Source: a virus. From it: DNA of 64,000 nt. The notes under the pieces are model-generated. The model worked only from the letters and a program-made list of their open reading frames with translations. It searched no databases and was not told the origin of the DNA. Of this stretch, positions 8,989 through 17,590 are shown in pieces. The first letter of the stretch is position 1. Every line of letters starts with the position of its first letter. The DNA is taken from the IMG/VR virus record IMGVR_UViG_3300027969_003137, positions 23,519 through 87,518 of that record. One strand, 5' to 3'. The translations under genes were made by a program, and so were the position numbers.

Positions 8989-10155
8989 ATGGCAACTAAG
9001 GCAAAACATCTAGCAGAAGCTCGTGCATCTAAAGGCAAAGACTATTCTCCAAAGTGGGACGGTCACGAAGCTTGGGATACTAATCAGTTCCTGCGTCAGT
9101 TCCATATTGCCATGAGCTGGTATCGTTTAGAGTCTAGTGGTAAAGAACTCAAACCCAAAGTGATCAATTGGATGAGTGCTAACGGCTACACCAAAGATCA
9201 AATTGCTGAATTTAAGAAAACCAAAGACAATCGCTGTGGTACAACTGTAGGTGCAATTGCTGCCTGTTTGTTAAAAGGTATGCCACCTGTTCGTGCAGAC
9301 TTTAACGACGGTCGTAGTTCAGCTGTTTGGTTAGGCCAAGCCATTGCCAAGATTGTCAGTGAAGGCAAAGATGACACAGATGACAGCGAAGAAGTAGAAG
9401 TTAAACCCGCCGGCCCTGTTGTTAGTATTCAAGACCGGGTACGTGAAGCATCTTACAAGATGACTGAGGAAATTGAAACAGCCATTGAGGCGTTTCAAAC
9501 AGATCCAGAAACATTTGATCCCAAGGCATTCAAAGTTCTTAACTTACTTAAGGCCCATCAAGCCAAAGCAGCCCATGCTCGAGTTATTCGAGATTTTTAT
9601 GCTAGAGATTTAGATGAGCTAGTGGAAGCGGCCACAACTAAAGACGAACAACTTAAAGAAGCCTACAGTCATCTAAGCAAGATACAACTGCGTAAGATTA
9701 CAGCATTCTATCAAGAAATTGTCAGTGCCTGCGAGATGTTGGCACAAGAAGCCAAAGTCAACCGCAAGCCCAAGGCTAAAAAGGCTGTGCCTGCAGAGAA
9801 GATTATTGCCAAGCTCAAATACAAAAAAGCAGATGAGCCGCTTAAATTGGTGTCTATTAATCCTGCAGATATCCTAGGTGCTAAAGAACTGTGGACCTAC
9901 AATACCAAGAGCCGTAAGTTGGGCAAGTACTTGGCTGCTGAGTTCCAAGAACTTGGCGTCAAGGGTACCACAATTACAGGCTTTAACGAAGCAACATCTG
10001 TACAAAAGACACTGCGTAAACCAGCTGATCAGCTTAAAGAATTTAAGGCAGCAGGTAAAGTGGTGCTACGTAAATTCCTTGAAGATATCAATGCCGTCGA
10101 TACACGCATGAACGGGCGTATCAACGAAGACATAATTCTGTTAAAAATTGTCTAA
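8989..10155 (+). CDS. Conserved hypothetical protein of T4-like phages
   Basis: AGGAG SD; C-terminal ELWTYNTKSRKLG...VKGTTI..F...SVQKTLRKP...NGRINEDIILL. Confidence 0.75.
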   Translation: MATKAKHLAEARASKGKDYSPKWDGHEAWDTNQFLRQFHIAMSWYRLESSGKELKPKVINWMSANGYTKDQIAEFKKTKDNRCGTTVGAIAACLLKGMPPVRADFNDGRSSAVWLGQAIAKIVSEGKDDTDDSEEVEVKPAGPVVSIQDRVREASYKMTEEIETAIEAFQTDPETFDPKAFKVLNLLKAHQAKAAHARVIRDFYARDLDELVEAATTKDEQLKEAYSHLSKIQLRKITAFYQEIVSACEMLAQEAKVNRKPKAKKAVPAEKIIAKLKYKKADEPLKLVSINPADILGAKELWTYNTKSRKLGKYLAAEFQELGVKGTTITGFNEATSVQKTLRKPADQLKEFKAAGKVVLRKFLEDINAVDTRMNGRINEDIILLKIV

Positions 10156-10185
10156 CGTTTAGATCGGAGTTTGATAAATACTGGT

Positions 10186-11061
10186 ATGAACAATACCAAT
10201 ATCGATCAAACTCTAACAGATTTAAGCAGAGTTCTTAAAGAACTTGTTGATGCGGCCCACCAACCTGTTGCCCAAGAAATAACTCAATACTTAGAATTCC
10301 GTGCCCGCAAAGGTGAGGAAAACTTTGGAAAAGGCGTTATTTGGAGCGGTAATGGGTATACTAAACAGTTTGTATTCAACGGAAATCCTGATAGATTTTT
10401 CTCATCAGAAAGCATTGATCTAGATAAAGATCGACATCTTGCTATTGGTGGAACTGTTGTACTATCTAGTAAAGAGCTAGGTACATCAGTGACCAAAAGC
10501 AATTTACAAACTGTTGGTAGACTCAAGGGGTTGATTGTTGATGGTTCATTAAATATCAATCAATACCTGATTTATAACGGTACTACTGATCGATTAGGCC
10601 TAGGCACTGACGCACCCAATGCTGCTCTTAGTGTTGCAGAAAATGCCATTGAAGTTATGTTAGGTACTAACGATGCATTCCATGGAATGGTTGGTACATA
10701 CGCTAGTACAGATTTTGATATTGTCACTGATAATACCGCACGTATTTCAGTAAAGGCCAACGGCAATGTCGAGCTAGGCAATCCCAACCGAAATCCTATA
10801 CAGGTCAAGGTTAACGGAAAACTAAGCGTTGGTGTTGAGAATCCAGATCCTGCTGTTGATTTACATGTGGCAGGGGCTGTACGTTTCAGCGGTCATATTC
10901 ATATGTACGCAGGAGAACCTCCGCAAGAAGGTACCTATGCAGTAGGCGACATTATTTGGAATACCAATGCCAGAGTTGGTACAGGTGTAGGTTGGGTCTG
11001 TCTAAGAGCCGGTAGTCCAGGTGCGTGGTATCCATTTGGTGAGATCAAAGAAAGAGGCTAA
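10186..11061 (+). CDS. Probable virion structural/fibre-like protein
   Basis: Preceded by a TAAATA late box; repeats RLGLGTDAP and LSVGVENP..DLHVAG; C-terminal GDIIWN...GWVCL...GAWYPFG. Confidence 0.6.
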   Translation: MNNTNIDQTLTDLSRVLKELVDAAHQPVAQEITQYLEFRARKGEENFGKGVIWSGNGYTKQFVFNGNPDRFFSSESIDLDKDRHLAIGGTVVLSSKELGTSVTKSNLQTVGRLKGLIVDGSLNINQYLIYNGTTDRLGLGTDAPNAALSVAENAIEVMLGTNDAFHGMVGTYASTDFDIVTDNTARISVKANGNVELGNPNRNPIQVKVNGKLSVGVENPDPAVDLHVAGAVRFSGHIHMYAGEPPQEGTYAVGDIIWNTNARVGTGVGWVCLRAGSPGAWYPFGEIKERG

Positions 11062-11064
11062 ACT

Positions 11065-11697
11065 ATGGCCAACACGGCCCTTGTTATAGGCAACGGCGAA
11101 AGTCGTTTTCAAATCAACCTAAATGATTTTACAGACACACATGTTCTTGTAGGCTGCAATGCCATACATAGGGACTGTGTTGTTGATCATTTGATCTGTT
11201 GTGATCACAGAATGGTTAGAGAAGCATTAGAAAATCCCAGTACCGCAAACTCAACTATTCATGTTAGAGACAACTGGCATCACTATTTTAGAAAGATAGA
11301 AAAAAATAAAAACGTAAAACTTCTTCCCGACCTTCCCTATCAAGGAGATCTTCGTCCTGATAAAGCTATTCATTGGGGGTCTGGTCCGTATGCTGTTCTT
11401 GTTGCCTCACAATTAAATTTACCTACGGTATCACTTGTTGGTTTTGATTTATACGGTAGACAAGATGTTGTAAACAACATGTACAAGGGAACTAATAATT
11501 ATTCTCATCCAACCTCTAGTGCTGTGGATCCTAGCTATTGGATATACCAAATAGGAAAATTGTTTTCATTGTTTCCTAATACTCAATTTAATATCATCAA
11601 TACAGAAGGTTGGAAGATGCCCATAGAATGGCAATACGATAATGTTAAAAAAGAATCTATTGGGGTTGCATTACCTATAAATACCTTGTATAATTAA
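11065..11697 (+). CDS. MptE/DUF115-like Rossmann protein (possible glycosyltransferase)
   Basis: ALVIGNGESR, GCNAIHRD, HLICCD, SGPYA, LVGFDL. Confidence 0.6.
   Translation: MANTALVIGNGESRFQINLNDFTDTHVLVGCNAIHRDCVVDHLICCDHRMVREALENPSTANSTIHVRDNWHHYFRKIEKNKNVKLLPDLPYQGDLRPDKAIHWGSGPYAVLVASQLNLPTVSLVGFDLYGRQDVVNNMYKGTNNYSHPTSSAVDPSYWIYQIGKLFSLFPNTQFNIINTEGWKMPIEWQYDNVKKESIGVALPINTLYN
11666..11694 (+). promoter_or_regulatory. Overlapping sigma70 promoter and TATAAATA late box for queD
   Basis: TTGCAT-17 nt-TATAAT with TATAAATA at 11676-11683 inside the spacer. Confidence 0.7.
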
Positions 11698-11700
11698 TCT

Positions 11701-11796
11701 ATACACACAGGCACAGCGGACTTTTTAACGTCATTCATCCCGCTATATAAACTCTGCATGTCGTCAAACTTGCTACCTTAATAAAGGAGACTAGAG
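11701..11796 (+). ncRNA. Structured 5' leader of queD, candidate preQ-sensing riboswitch variant
   Basis: Stem AGCGG/CCGCT followed by ATATAAAC; hairpin CCTT-AATA-AAGG overlapping the SD. Confidence 0.4.
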
Positions 11797-12246
11797 ATGG
11801 CAAAATTTTTCTCAACAAAACATTACGGACACAACATCGGTCTGTCGGCGGTATTCCGTCAACCCAACGCAGATCACAGTCACTGTCACTTGCTACATGG
11901 CTACAGTCTAGCGTTTACGTTCACATTTGGCTGTGACTCATTAGACAACAAAAACTGGGCAGTAGACTTTGGCGGGCTCAAACCACTCAAGGCATGGCTG
12001 GAAGATAACTTCGATCATAAATTAGCTTTGGATAAATCAGATCCGCACTTGGCCAAGTTTCAAGAACTAGAAGCATTGGATCTAGCAGAGATTAGAATAT
12101 TTGATGGTGTAGGTGCAGAGAAGTTTGCCGAACATGCCTTTAACTTTGCTGATCAATTAATTCGAGAAAAGACCAACAATCGTTGCTATTGTGTTCGAGT
12201 TGAATGTGCCGAGCACGGTGCTAACTCCGCAATATACGAAGCCTAA
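11797..12246 (+). CDS. queD: 6-carboxy-5,6,7,8-tetrahydropterin synthase (6-PTPS family)
   Basis: HCHLLHGY, VDFGGLK, FDHKL, AEKFA, EHGANSAIY. Confidence 0.9.
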   Translation: MAKFFSTKHYGHNIGLSAVFRQPNADHSHCHLLHGYSLAFTFTFGCDSLDNKNWAVDFGGLKPLKAWLEDNFDHKLALDKSDPHLAKFQELEALDLAEIRIFDGVGAEKFAEHAFNFADQLIREKTNNRCYCVRVECAEHGANSAIYEA

Positions 12247-12270
12247 CACAATGTACGCATAAATAATAAT

Positions 12271-13104
12271 ATGCGTACATTTAACATTAACCAACTTACC
12301 ATCGGTAACAAACTACCCTTTGTTCTTATTGCTGGCCCGTGTCAAATAGAAAGTCAGGATCATGCCGAGGCAACCTGTGCCAGACTGATTGCTATTACAG
12401 CATTACTTGGTATTCCTCTGATATACAAAAGCAGTTTTGATAAAGCCAATCGTTCTAGTATTAGCACTAAACGAGGTGTCGGTATTACAGAAGGTCTTGA
12501 CATTCTCAATGCTATCAAGCATACTTTCGGAGTGCCTGTTTTAACAGATATTCACGAATCGTGGCAGGCAAAAGAATGTGCAGACGCTGGTATTGACATA
12601 TTACAAATCCCTGCATTCCTTTGCAGACAAACTGATTTATTATTAGCCGCTGGAGAAACCGGATGTGCTATCAATGTCAAGAAAGGGCAGTTTCTTGCTC
12701 CTCACGATATGAAGAACGTTGCTGCAAAGATTGCGTCAACTGGTAATGAACGTATTATGTTATGCGAAAGAGGATACACTCATGGATATAATAATCTTGT
12801 TGTTGATATGCGTAGTTTACCCATTATGGCAGGCACCGGGTATCCAGTGGTCTTTGATGCCACACATTCTGTTCAGCAGCCAGGGGGATTGGGCACAGTC
12901 TCCGGAGGGGATCGCACTATGGTCCCGTACCTCGCGAGGGCAGCAGTGGCCACCGGATGCGTAAGTGCTGTGTTCATGGAATGTCATGAAGATCCAGATA
13001 ACGCACCCAGCGACGGTCCTAACATGATCAAATTAGACGACCTCAGCGATATTTTAAAAGACCTAATAGCCATCGATGAAATTGTCAAAAGAAAATCTCA
13101 CTAA
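12271..13104 (+). CDS. kdsA: KDO8P synthase
   Basis: [49 protein letters not shown]. Confidence 0.97.
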   Translation: MRTFNINQLTIGNKLPFVLIAGPCQIESQDHAEATCARLIAITALLGIPLIYKSSFDKANRSSISTKRGVGITEGLDILNAIKHTFGVPVLTDIHESWQAKECADAGIDILQIPAFLCRQTDLLLAAGETGCAINVKKGQFLAPHDMKNVAAKIASTGNERIMLCERGYTHGYNNLVVDMRSLPIMAGTGYPVVFDATHSVQQPGGLGTVSGGDRTMVPYLARAAVATGCVSAVFMECHEDPDNAPSDGPNMIKLDDLSDILKDLIAIDEIVKRKSH

Positions 13105-13900
13105 AGATCAGTGGCGCCACTATAAGAAATTTGGGTTTCCTCCTACAGAAATTAGTGTAGAGGAACCAATAGTTCAAGAACCTAAACCCATACCTTCTCA
13201 CACTGAAACAATTTCTGTGTTATGTGTACGGTTTGGCTGGCGATATGGTCGTGAATATGTTGAACGTCTACGCAACATGGTAGCTAGACATCTAACAGTA
13301 CCTTACGAATTTTATTGTTTAACTGACGATCAACATCCAATAGACGGTGTTATCAGCATTGTAAGACCTAATGAAGGCTATGCTAAAGGTTGGTGGCATA
13401 AAGTTCACATGTTCGATCCCAGGTTAAATCTTCGTGGAAGAGTTTTATATTTTGATTTGGATATTGTTATTCACAATAACATTGACAAGTTGGTATTAGG
13501 ATATGACCAAGAGTTTTTGGGCATTAGAGATTTCAACAGAAAATTTAATCCCCAATGGAATATTCTTAATAGTTCTGTTATGAGTTGGCCTGCAGGATTG
13601 CATCCGGATATCTTTACCGTATTCCAAACTAATCCCAAGCAGGCTCAAAAATTACACGGTGATCAAGATTGGATTTGGCAAGTGGCAAAAAGTCGTATAA
13701 CCTTTTGGCCTGAACGATGGATACAGAGCTACAAATGGGAAATCCGAGATAGAAACGAACTTACGTATAGTGGCGGTAAAAGACATTTTAAAGATATTCG
13801 CAGCCCAAAGATACATCCAGAGTGTTCGGTATGTGTATTCCACGGCGAACCAAAACCCGAAGATGTTAAAGACCCTTTTATTGTTGACAACTGGCAGTGA
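13076..13900 (+). CDS. GT-A glycosyltransferase
   Basis: [21 protein letters not shown] (DxD), [19 protein letters not shown]. Confidence 0.8.
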   Translation: MKLSKENLTKDQWRHYKKFGFPPTEISVEEPIVQEPKPIPSHTETISVLCVRFGWRYGREYVERLRNMVARHLTVPYEFYCLTDDQHPIDGVISIVRPNEGYAKGWWHKVHMFDPRLNLRGRVLYFDLDIVIHNNIDKLVLGYDQEFLGIRDFNRKFNPQWNILNSSVMSWPAGLHPDIFTVFQTNPKQAQKLHGDQDWIWQVAKSRITFWPERWIQSYKWEIRDRNELTYSGGKRHFKDIRSPKIHPECSVCVFHGEPKPEDVKDPFIVDNWQ

Positions 13901-13912
13901 TTGTGTTATACT
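13884..13912 (+). promoter_or_regulatory. Sigma70 promoter giving a leaderless transcript
   Basis: TTGACA-17 nt-TATACT; ATG at 13919. Confidence 0.8.
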
Positions 13913-13918
13913 AGTAGT

Positions 13919-14212
13919 ATGACAAATACTATTACCCCCGAAGCGTTACGCACTCTTCTTCTTGAAAATGAGTGCATTGTTGAGTTTACCAAAGTGAATG
14001 GCGAGATTCGATCAATGCCCTGTACACTTAAAGCAGAGTTTATTCCTGATCCTGTCCCTGCCCCGCATTTCACTAATACAGACAATCCCATTGACTTGCC
14101 CAAAGTTAAAAAAGAAAACCCAGATGTTATGAATGTTTGGTGCCTAGATAAAAATGAATGGCGCAGTTTCCGTATTGCTAATGTTATTTCAGCGAAAGTA
14201 AAAAATGCCTAA
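13919..14212 (+). CDS. WYL_2/DUF2693-like SH3-fold phage protein
   Basis: FTKVNGEIRSMPCTL ... VWCLDKNEWRSFRIANV. Confidence 0.75.
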   Translation: MTNTITPEALRTLLLENECIVEFTKVNGEIRSMPCTLKAEFIPDPVPAPHFTNTDNPIDLPKVKKENPDVMNVWCLDKNEWRSFRIANVISAKVKNA

Positions 14213-15242
14213 ACGTATCGGCTTTGCCTGCAAGTGGATCGATGGTCCCAATCAAATTAACGGGATCAAGCAAAAAGACAACTGTAAACAGTATAATACA
14301 GGGTCTACTACGGTATCTTGGTTAAATAGACAACAGAAAGAAACAGCCGAACAGAAGCTCTGGTCCCTGATGGAACAGAATATTGAAAGCTGTCGCTTAC
14401 TGGTTGAAAAGGTAGGTACACTTAATGAAAATCTTAGAATGGTACGACTCAGCAGCGATATCCTTCCTGTTTACACTGAGCCATCTTGGAGCTGGTTTTG
14501 GCGGCTTCCCGATGTTAGGGCATATTGCGAAAGAGGATTTGGACAAATCGGAGATGTGGCTCGTAAGGCTGATGTTCGGTTGTCTATGCACCCTGGCCAG
14601 TTTACTGTGCTTGCATCTGAGTCTGATGATATTGTAAATCGATCAATAGAGGAATTCGAATATCATGTGGACATGGCTAGATGGATGGGATATGGCAAAA
14701 CGTTTCAAGACTTTAAAATCAACGTTCATATCTCGGGTCGACGAGGCCCCAATGGAATACGTGCTGTTCTGGGCCGCTTGACGCCCGAGGCTCGTAATAC
14801 ACTCACAATCGAAAACGACGAAATGACCTGGGGTATTGAACACAGCCTTGAGCTAGTCAATGACTGTGCGTTGGTCATGGACATACATCATCATTGGATT
14901 AAAACTGGAGAATACATTGACCCATCTGACGACCGTGTTAAAAGGATTATTGATAGTTGGCGTGGTGTTCGCCCTACTTTACATTACAGTGTTTCACGGG
15001 AAGACTGTATTATTGACCATCCCGGACATATCCGCCCCGATCTTCCGTCCCTCTTAGAACAGGGCTACAAGAAACAAAAACTCAGAGCCCACTCAAACTT
15101 CTACTGGAACACAGCAGTGAATGAATGGGCACTGAGCTTTAGAGACGACTTTGATATGATGTGCGAAAGCAAGGCTAAGAATCTAGCCAGCTTTGCACTC
15201 TACGAACAAAGTCTTACGCAGCCGGCTTTGCTTTTGGCTTAG
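14205..15242 (+). CDS. uvsE: UV damage endonuclease
   Basis: RIGFACK, RLSSDILP, RLSMHPGQF, TIENDE, VMDIHHH, LRAHS, MMCESKAKNLA. Confidence 0.92.
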   Translation: MPKRIGFACKWIDGPNQINGIKQKDNCKQYNTGSTTVSWLNRQQKETAEQKLWSLMEQNIESCRLLVEKVGTLNENLRMVRLSSDILPVYTEPSWSWFWRLPDVRAYCERGFGQIGDVARKADVRLSMHPGQFTVLASESDDIVNRSIEEFEYHVDMARWMGYGKTFQDFKINVHISGRRGPNGIRAVLGRLTPEARNTLTIENDEMTWGIEHSLELVNDCALVMDIHHHWIKTGEYIDPSDDRVKRIIDSWRGVRPTLHYSVSREDCIIDHPGHIRPDLPSLLEQGYKKQKLRAHSNFYWNTAVNEWALSFRDDFDMMCESKAKNLASFALYEQSLTQPALLLA

Positions 15243-15480
15243 AAGGTGCTTTTGGCTTTGCAGTCTTTGGAGCAGCAGGCTTCTTGGCGAACTGTTGCTT
15301 TTTAGGTGCAGGCTTTTTAGCAGGTGCCTGAGCAACCACAGCCTCTGGTACAACTACCACTGCGTCAACTGCTGGTGCAGGTGATGCCTCTACAACTGGC
15401 ACTGTCTCAACTTTGTATGGTACTTCCGCAGCTTGTTCTGCTGGCTTACCACCAAATAGTTTCTTTAATAAACCGATCAT
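15214..15480 (-). CDS. Ala/Pro/Lys-rich histone H1-like protein
   Basis: AGGAGA SD; tail of PAKK/PKAK repeats; TAAATA box upstream on the minus strand. Confidence 0.75.
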   Translation of the reverse strand: MIGLLKKLFGGKPAEQAAEVPYKVETVPVVEASPAPAVDAVVVVPEAVVAQAPAKKPAPKKQQFAKKPAAPKTAKPKAPSKPKAKPAA

Positions 15481-15521
15481 ATTAAAATCTCCTTGTAGGT
15501 TATTTATGCGCTAAATATAGG

Positions 15522-16082
15522 ATGGCACTACATTTCATCAAATACCTACACGAAGATACTGATACCAGAGAGATAGTTCAAAACAAGTTGAGTTTTGGCA
15601 AAGAAGAGCTTGATCCTGTTATGAGTAAAGCTACTCTAGACTATCACTTTTCTGGGCTAGCTGCCAAGTACGTTGAAAGATACAATGCAGGTGAAGGCGA
15701 TGCTAAGTTTAATTATGGCGGTGCAATGCTGCATAATTTTTACTTTGGAAATCTAACTCCTCCTAGGGCTGCTAATAAGCCCACGGAAATGTCGGGTAAA
15801 CTGATTAACGATGTCTATGGCAGCTTTGATGCATTTAAAGAAGCTGTTGAAAAAGAAGCTATGGCTATTCAAGGTTCAGGTTGGGTGTATATGGACGTTG
15901 CGGGTAAACTGCATACCATACACAATCACGAATATGCTAAAGGAATGAAAATTGCTCTGTTAATAGATTGGTGGGAACATGCATGGGCACTGGACTACCA
16001 ACAGGACAAGGCCAAATACCTTTCAAATATTTGGCGTATCATCGACTGGTCTGTCGTGAACGACCGCTTAATAGGAGAATAA
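15522..16082 (+). CDS. sod: Fe/Mn superoxide dismutase
   Basis: Metal ligands in LDYH, MLHNFYF and IDWWEHAW; GSGW motif. Confidence 0.92.
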   Translation: MALHFIKYLHEDTDTREIVQNKLSFGKEELDPVMSKATLDYHFSGLAAKYVERYNAGEGDAKFNYGGAMLHNFYFGNLTPPRAANKPTEMSGKLINDVYGSFDAFKEAVEKEAMAIQGSGWVYMDVAGKLHTIHNHEYAKGMKIALLIDWWEHAWALDYQQDKAKYLSNIWRIIDWSVVNDRLIGE

Positions 16083-16083
16083 C

Positions 16084-16197
16084 ATGTTAGAAACATTATT
16101 TTGGTTAGCACTAGGTGCAGTTATTGGTTGGAATTTTCCGCAACCGGAATTTGCAAAAACCATACAAGCTAAGATCGTATCAGCATTCAAGAAGTAA
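16084..16197 (+). CDS. 37-aa membrane peptide (absent from the ORF track)
   Basis: AGGAGA SD; MLETLFWLALGAVIGWNFPQPEFAKTIQAKIVSAFKK. Confidence 0.7.
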   Translation: MLETLFWLALGAVIGWNFPQPEFAKTIQAKIVSAFKK

Positions 16198-16253
16198 ACA
16201 AAACCCACGCCGTAGGCGTTGTATATAATATAAACACTCTAAAGGAGAATGTT

Positions 16254-16550
16254 ATGAAGAAGCTAGTTATAGCATTGTTAATTGCAGGTGCAGGTGTTAC
16301 ATCGGCACACGCAGACGGGTATCGTCATCACGGTGGACATTATCGTGGAGGAAACGGTTGGGGTTGGGTAGCACCGTTAGCTATTGGGGGAGTTATTGGT
16401 TATGAACTTAACCGCCCCCGATACTACGACCCGCCAGTGATTGTACAGCAACCAATCTACTCGGTAACCACATCTCAAAACTGCACAGTTTGGACTGAAA
16501 CCCAATATGCAGATGGTACCATAACACGTACTAGGACTTGTACACAATAA
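16254..16550 (+). CDS. Exported Gly/His-rich protein
   Basis: Signal peptide MKKLVIALLIAGAGVTSAHA; AAGGAGA SD. Confidence 0.75.
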   Translation: MKKLVIALLIAGAGVTSAHADGYRHHGGHYRGGNGWGWVAPLAIGGVIGYELNRPRYYDPPVIVQQPIYSVTTSQNCTVWTETQYADGTITRTRTCTQ

Positions 16551-16551
16551 T

Positions 16552-16938
16552 ATGGCATACTCAGATAAAGTAATCGATCATTATGAAAATCCCAGGAATG
16601 TCGGATCTTTTGATAAGAGCGATCCAAGCGTAGGCACCGGTATGGTTGGTGCCCCTGCTTGTGGTGATGTAATGAAATTACAAATAAAGGTGGATCATGA
16701 TACAGGTATTATTACAGATGCAAAATTTAAAACGTATGGCTGCGGATCGGCTATCGCGAGTTCGAGTCTCATTACAGAGTGGGTCAAAGGCATGCACCTC
16801 GACCAAGCCGGAGCAATCAAAAACTCCGACATCGCCGAAGAACTAGCCCTACCTCCAGTTAAGATACATTGTAGCATATTGGCCGAGGATGCTATTAAAG
16901 CAGCCGTTGATGATTACCGTAACCGACACAGCCAGTAA
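16552..16938 (+). CDS. iscU: Fe-S cluster scaffold
   Basis: YSDKVIDHYENPRNVG, GAPACGDVM, YGCGSAIASSS, LPPVKIHCS. Confidence 0.98.
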   Translation: MAYSDKVIDHYENPRNVGSFDKSDPSVGTGMVGAPACGDVMKLQIKVDHDTGIITDAKFKTYGCGSAIASSSLITEWVKGMHLDQAGAIKNSDIAEELALPPVKIHCSILAEDAIKAAVDDYRNRHSQ

Positions 16939-17236
16939 ACGAATTAAACAAAATTTGGCAAAACGTGGCCATGGTGTTGGTATTCGTATAGGTGTAAGAA
17001 CTACAGGCTGTAGTGGTCTAGCATACACCATGGAATATGTGGATGAATACACCGCAGAAGTGGGAGTGACTAATTTTGCACACGACGGGTTTGTTGTATT
17101 AGTAGATGCCAAAAGTCTGGCTTATTTAAACGGGTTGACCATGGATTGGATTCGCAATGGACTCAATGAAGGATTCGATTTTATCAATCCCAACGAGCGC
17201 GATCGTTGCGGGTGCGGCGAAAGTTTTAGAGTTTAA
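16910..17236 (+). CDS. iscA: A-type Fe-S carrier
   Basis: GVRTTGCSGLAY; C-terminal CGCGESF. Confidence 0.95.
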   Translation: MITVTDTASKRIKQNLAKRGHGVGIRIGVRTTGCSGLAYTMEYVDEYTAEVGVTNFAHDGFVVLVDAKSLAYLNGLTMDWIRNGLNEGFDFINPNERDRCGCGESFRV

Positions 17237-17520
17237 TATTTGCCTACAGGCAGTTCAGTGCTGGCCGGCATATCCCAAATCTGCTTGCGTTCAACACCCT
17301 TACGCTGAGCAAATTTCTTGGCATCACAACTAGAGCAGACATGAAAGTAGTTGTTGCTCAAACGCTTGTGATCCATATGTTTTAGATCCCTAGTAAAAGT
17401 TTCATCGCAATTATCGCAACGGAAGACTGCAACGGTCTTTTTACGAACGTATTCATGCGGTGTTCCCAATTTACTGAGTCTAACATGTTGAGTTTGTTGG
17501 GTTTCTTTTTTTAAGAACAT
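17233..17520 (-). CDS. Zinc-finger hypothetical protein
   Basis: FRCDNC ... HVCSSC. Confidence 0.7.
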   Translation of the reverse strand: MFLKKETQQTQHVRLSKLGTPHEYVRKKTVAVFRCDNCDETFTRDLKHMDHKRLSNNYFHVCSSCDAKKFAQRKGVERKQIWDMPASTELPVGKY

Positions 17521-17590
17521 CACGTATTTACATTCGGCTTATAAAACTTTGGGCTAAATAGTAGAGCAACCATACATCTTAGGATCTACC

